A stretch of DNA of 24,284 bases from Octopus sinensis (Eukaryota). Of the stretch, positions 22,060 to 24,284 are shown piece after piece. The notes below the pieces were generated by a model. It saw only the letters and a program-made list of their open reading frames with translations. It was not told the origin of the DNA and did not search any database. Position 1 is the first letter of the stretch; each line of letters opens with the position of its first letter. The DNA lies in contig NW_021836716.1 of assembly GCF_006345805.1 (NCBI RefSeq), forward strand, positions 1 through 24,284, in the 5' to 3' direction. The position numbers and the translations under genes were made by a program.

Positions 22060-22452
22060 CCTATCTATCTATATCTATCTATTTCTCAAACGAGAATTTC
22101 CAAAGTCCTCACTTTTCCCTGTTCATATGATAGTTTTATATAAATATCTCAGTTTCTCGTCATCTTTTCAACTGGATTTCGTTTTCTAATTTTTGAGACA
22201 GTTTTTAATATTTTCCCTTTTTTCATTTTGTCAGTTCTCCACGGTTTTCTCTTCCTTGCACAATTCTACCACTTTTCACTCTTAGCCTTTAGATTCCCCA
22301 TCGATAAACCGCTAACCACCCAAGTATCACCACTTTCTACCTGTTCATTCTTTCCTCCTAGCTCAACTTTACTTCTCTTAGCATAGCACCCGCTATCACC
22401 ATCCTACTACGGAGTCACCTTGATAGCTCTCTGTACTAGACCTTGACTATTG
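21885..22452. mobile_element. 536-bp segment flanked by 16-bp direct repeats (possible target-site duplication)
   Basis: TAGACCTTGACTATTG at 21885-21900 and 22437-22452; a (TATC)n tract lies at one end of the enclosed segment. Confidence 0.5.
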
Positions 22453-23486
22453 TAATTCGAAGTTGTCAACGGACCACGGATAAAAAGTTTACAAATCTAA
22501 TGCGCAGAATACAGTGTCAGTTTTATACCAATTATTATTGGGGTAATAGATTCTCAACCAATCTACCTGGATCAAAATATGGCTGAACATGTAATTCTTG
22601 GAGAAAGAATGCAACACCTTAGTTCATAAGCCTCAAATGACCTTGATATCTGGAACTATAAAAACCTGCAAAGGCTTCATAATTATAAGATTAATGGTTA
22701 CGCAAACTATGATAAAGACAACGCGATCCTTTTCTTGACAACCTTTCCACAGAGCAGGTGAGCGTGAGAATAAACTTAAGACTTTCAACAAGCATAGACA
22801 TAATAATAGCTCGCGCGTCAATTTTGGAAATGATCTACCTGATGCTAGAAAAGCTCATATATATCTATTGATATATATGTTTATTTATTCTAATATAAAT
22901 TTATTTATACATATTTATTCTTAACTATGTTATGTCGAGAAATTGCAGAAGGCCATAAGCGGCCTCGTACCACTTATATCATAGTCTTCTCCCCCGTACC
23001 CTTTATTTTACTTGCTTTTATTTTTATTTTTTATTTACAAATCCATTGAAACGGTTTTAACTTTTGCCCTTGGTTCGAATATAATTGACCAATTGTAGAG
23101 ATGGATTGACTTCGGTCTACTCCATTGCGGACAATAGGTGGTGTTCTCTGTAATATTCCAATAAGTACACTATCATAAGAACCCTATGGTATTGTTTTGG
23201 ATAAATATTAGCTACGGATTTTTACGATAACATAAGTACTGCTCTCTTTCTAGACATGTCAGTAATTTTCTTGTATTATTTTTTTGCTAACTTCTTTTCA
23301 TAACTTCCAAAACATCTTGGTTCCCTCTTTATATGGAAATACCCCGAAAAAAGTTTATCCCTTCTGCCTACCGACTTCGAAACCCTATGATGGAAGATTA
23401 TATGATTTTAATATATTAAGCGTCCTGGATTCATCTCTTGGCCATGTTTTCTTTCCTATTTCCTCTTTCTTTTGTCTATTTTTTAG

Positions 23487-23528
23487 ACGCTTTTGTAATC
23501 CGAAAAGAAGAACAAGTCAACATCATCG
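23487..23528 (+). CDS. Candidate internal exon C (42 nt)
   Basis: Long polypyrimidine tract (~23445-23484) plus TAG| acceptor; TCG|GTAACC donor; phase 1-1 reading (D)AFVIRKEEQVNII(G). Confidence 0.4.
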
Positions 23529-23539
23529 GTAACCACTGA

Positions 23540-23850
23540 GCTGCAGGTTTTATGTCGGAGTTATCCCAGTTACCTGAGTTACCTTCTCCTAGAGGGATGC
23601 CCTAACAAAGGCTAGGAGTCCTTCACTCCCAATGGTTTAACTGCGCGATGGGGTATTCAGTCCGATTATGTCTATGTCCCTGCGCATGATCCAGCCTTAA
23701 GACATTTATTGGATGGCCGTTGACTCTCAAGAGTTCCTCCGCCCTTTGACGGGTTTTGTTTTTCATCCCGCAAGCTTTTTGGGGTTGCCGGTTTAGTCGC
23801 CGACGACCCGACCATGCAACAGATTGTACTGGGTTACATGTTACCAGTAG
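23540..23850 (-). mobile_element. RTE-clade (BovB-like) LINE 5' UTR remnant
   Basis: Minus strand CCTAGCCTTTGTTAGGGCATCCCTCTAGGAGAAGGTAACTC...AAAACC resembles the recalled RTE 5' UTR motif CAGCCTTGGT.GGCAACC..TCTAGGAGAAGG; not verified by search. Confidence 0.5.
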
Positions 23851-23872
23851 CACGCGAAAGTGACTTGACATT

Positions 23873-24245
23873 AACATACATACATACATACATACATACG
23901 CACGTACGTACATATATACATATATACATGCATACATATATACATGTACATACATACATACATACATACATACATACATACATACATACATACATACATA
24001 CATGTAATTGTTCAGTTTAATTTCAAGACTTCTTGCCAATAGAGAAAGAGCTGGTTTCTAACCTAGATCCAAGGTTCCTTCATTGGAATTTCAACATCAA
24101 CAACAGGGTATGTATGTAGTATGTATGTATGTATTTATGCATGTATACATGTATGTATGTATGTATGTATGTATGTATGTATGTATGTATGTATGTATGT
24201 ATGTATGAGGTATGTATGTATGTATGTATGTATGTATGTATAGAT
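23873..24245. repeat. (TACA)n and (TATG)n tetranucleotide tracts
   Basis: Direct inspection. Confidence 0.93.
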
Positions 24246-24284
24246 TTATCTCCCTTTCATCCGTAAACACGTTAAACATCTTTC

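Noticed and set aside
22081-22436. Possible LINE coding remnant in the TSD-flanked insert
   Set aside because: The minus-strand frames I translated have frequent stops and no recognisable motif.
279-24279. Dozens of long ORFs rich in Y/I/H/T/C/V/L/S/K
   Set aside because: They are translations of di-, tri- and tetranucleotide microsatellites that lack stop codons.

Overview
Eukaryotic, microsatellite-saturated, repeat-derived DNA. The tRNA-derived SINE family and extreme simple-repeat density point to an octopus genome; this is inferred from pattern recall, not a search. Almost all long ORFs in the supplied track are microsatellite artefacts. Recognisable content: several SINE copies of two families; decayed non-LTR retrotransposon pieces (Tx1/L1-like, R4/Dong-like restriction-like endonuclease, RTE-like 5' UTR); five Penelope-like element (PLE) coding remnants; a non-autonomous Helitron with intact ends; and three short AG/GT-bounded candidate exons of an unidentified plus-strand gene. 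The most notable signal is a set of type I hammerhead ribozymes (HHRs). Four have intact catalytic cores (1199-1255 +, 13258-13324 -, 13382-13448 +, 15072-15128 +) and one is a relic (11372-11432 -). They fall into unrelated sequence families, yet all have a self-complementary stem III. Two of them face outward in a ~455-bp near-perfect palindrome, which sits in a 1-kb cluster of three fold-back structures.
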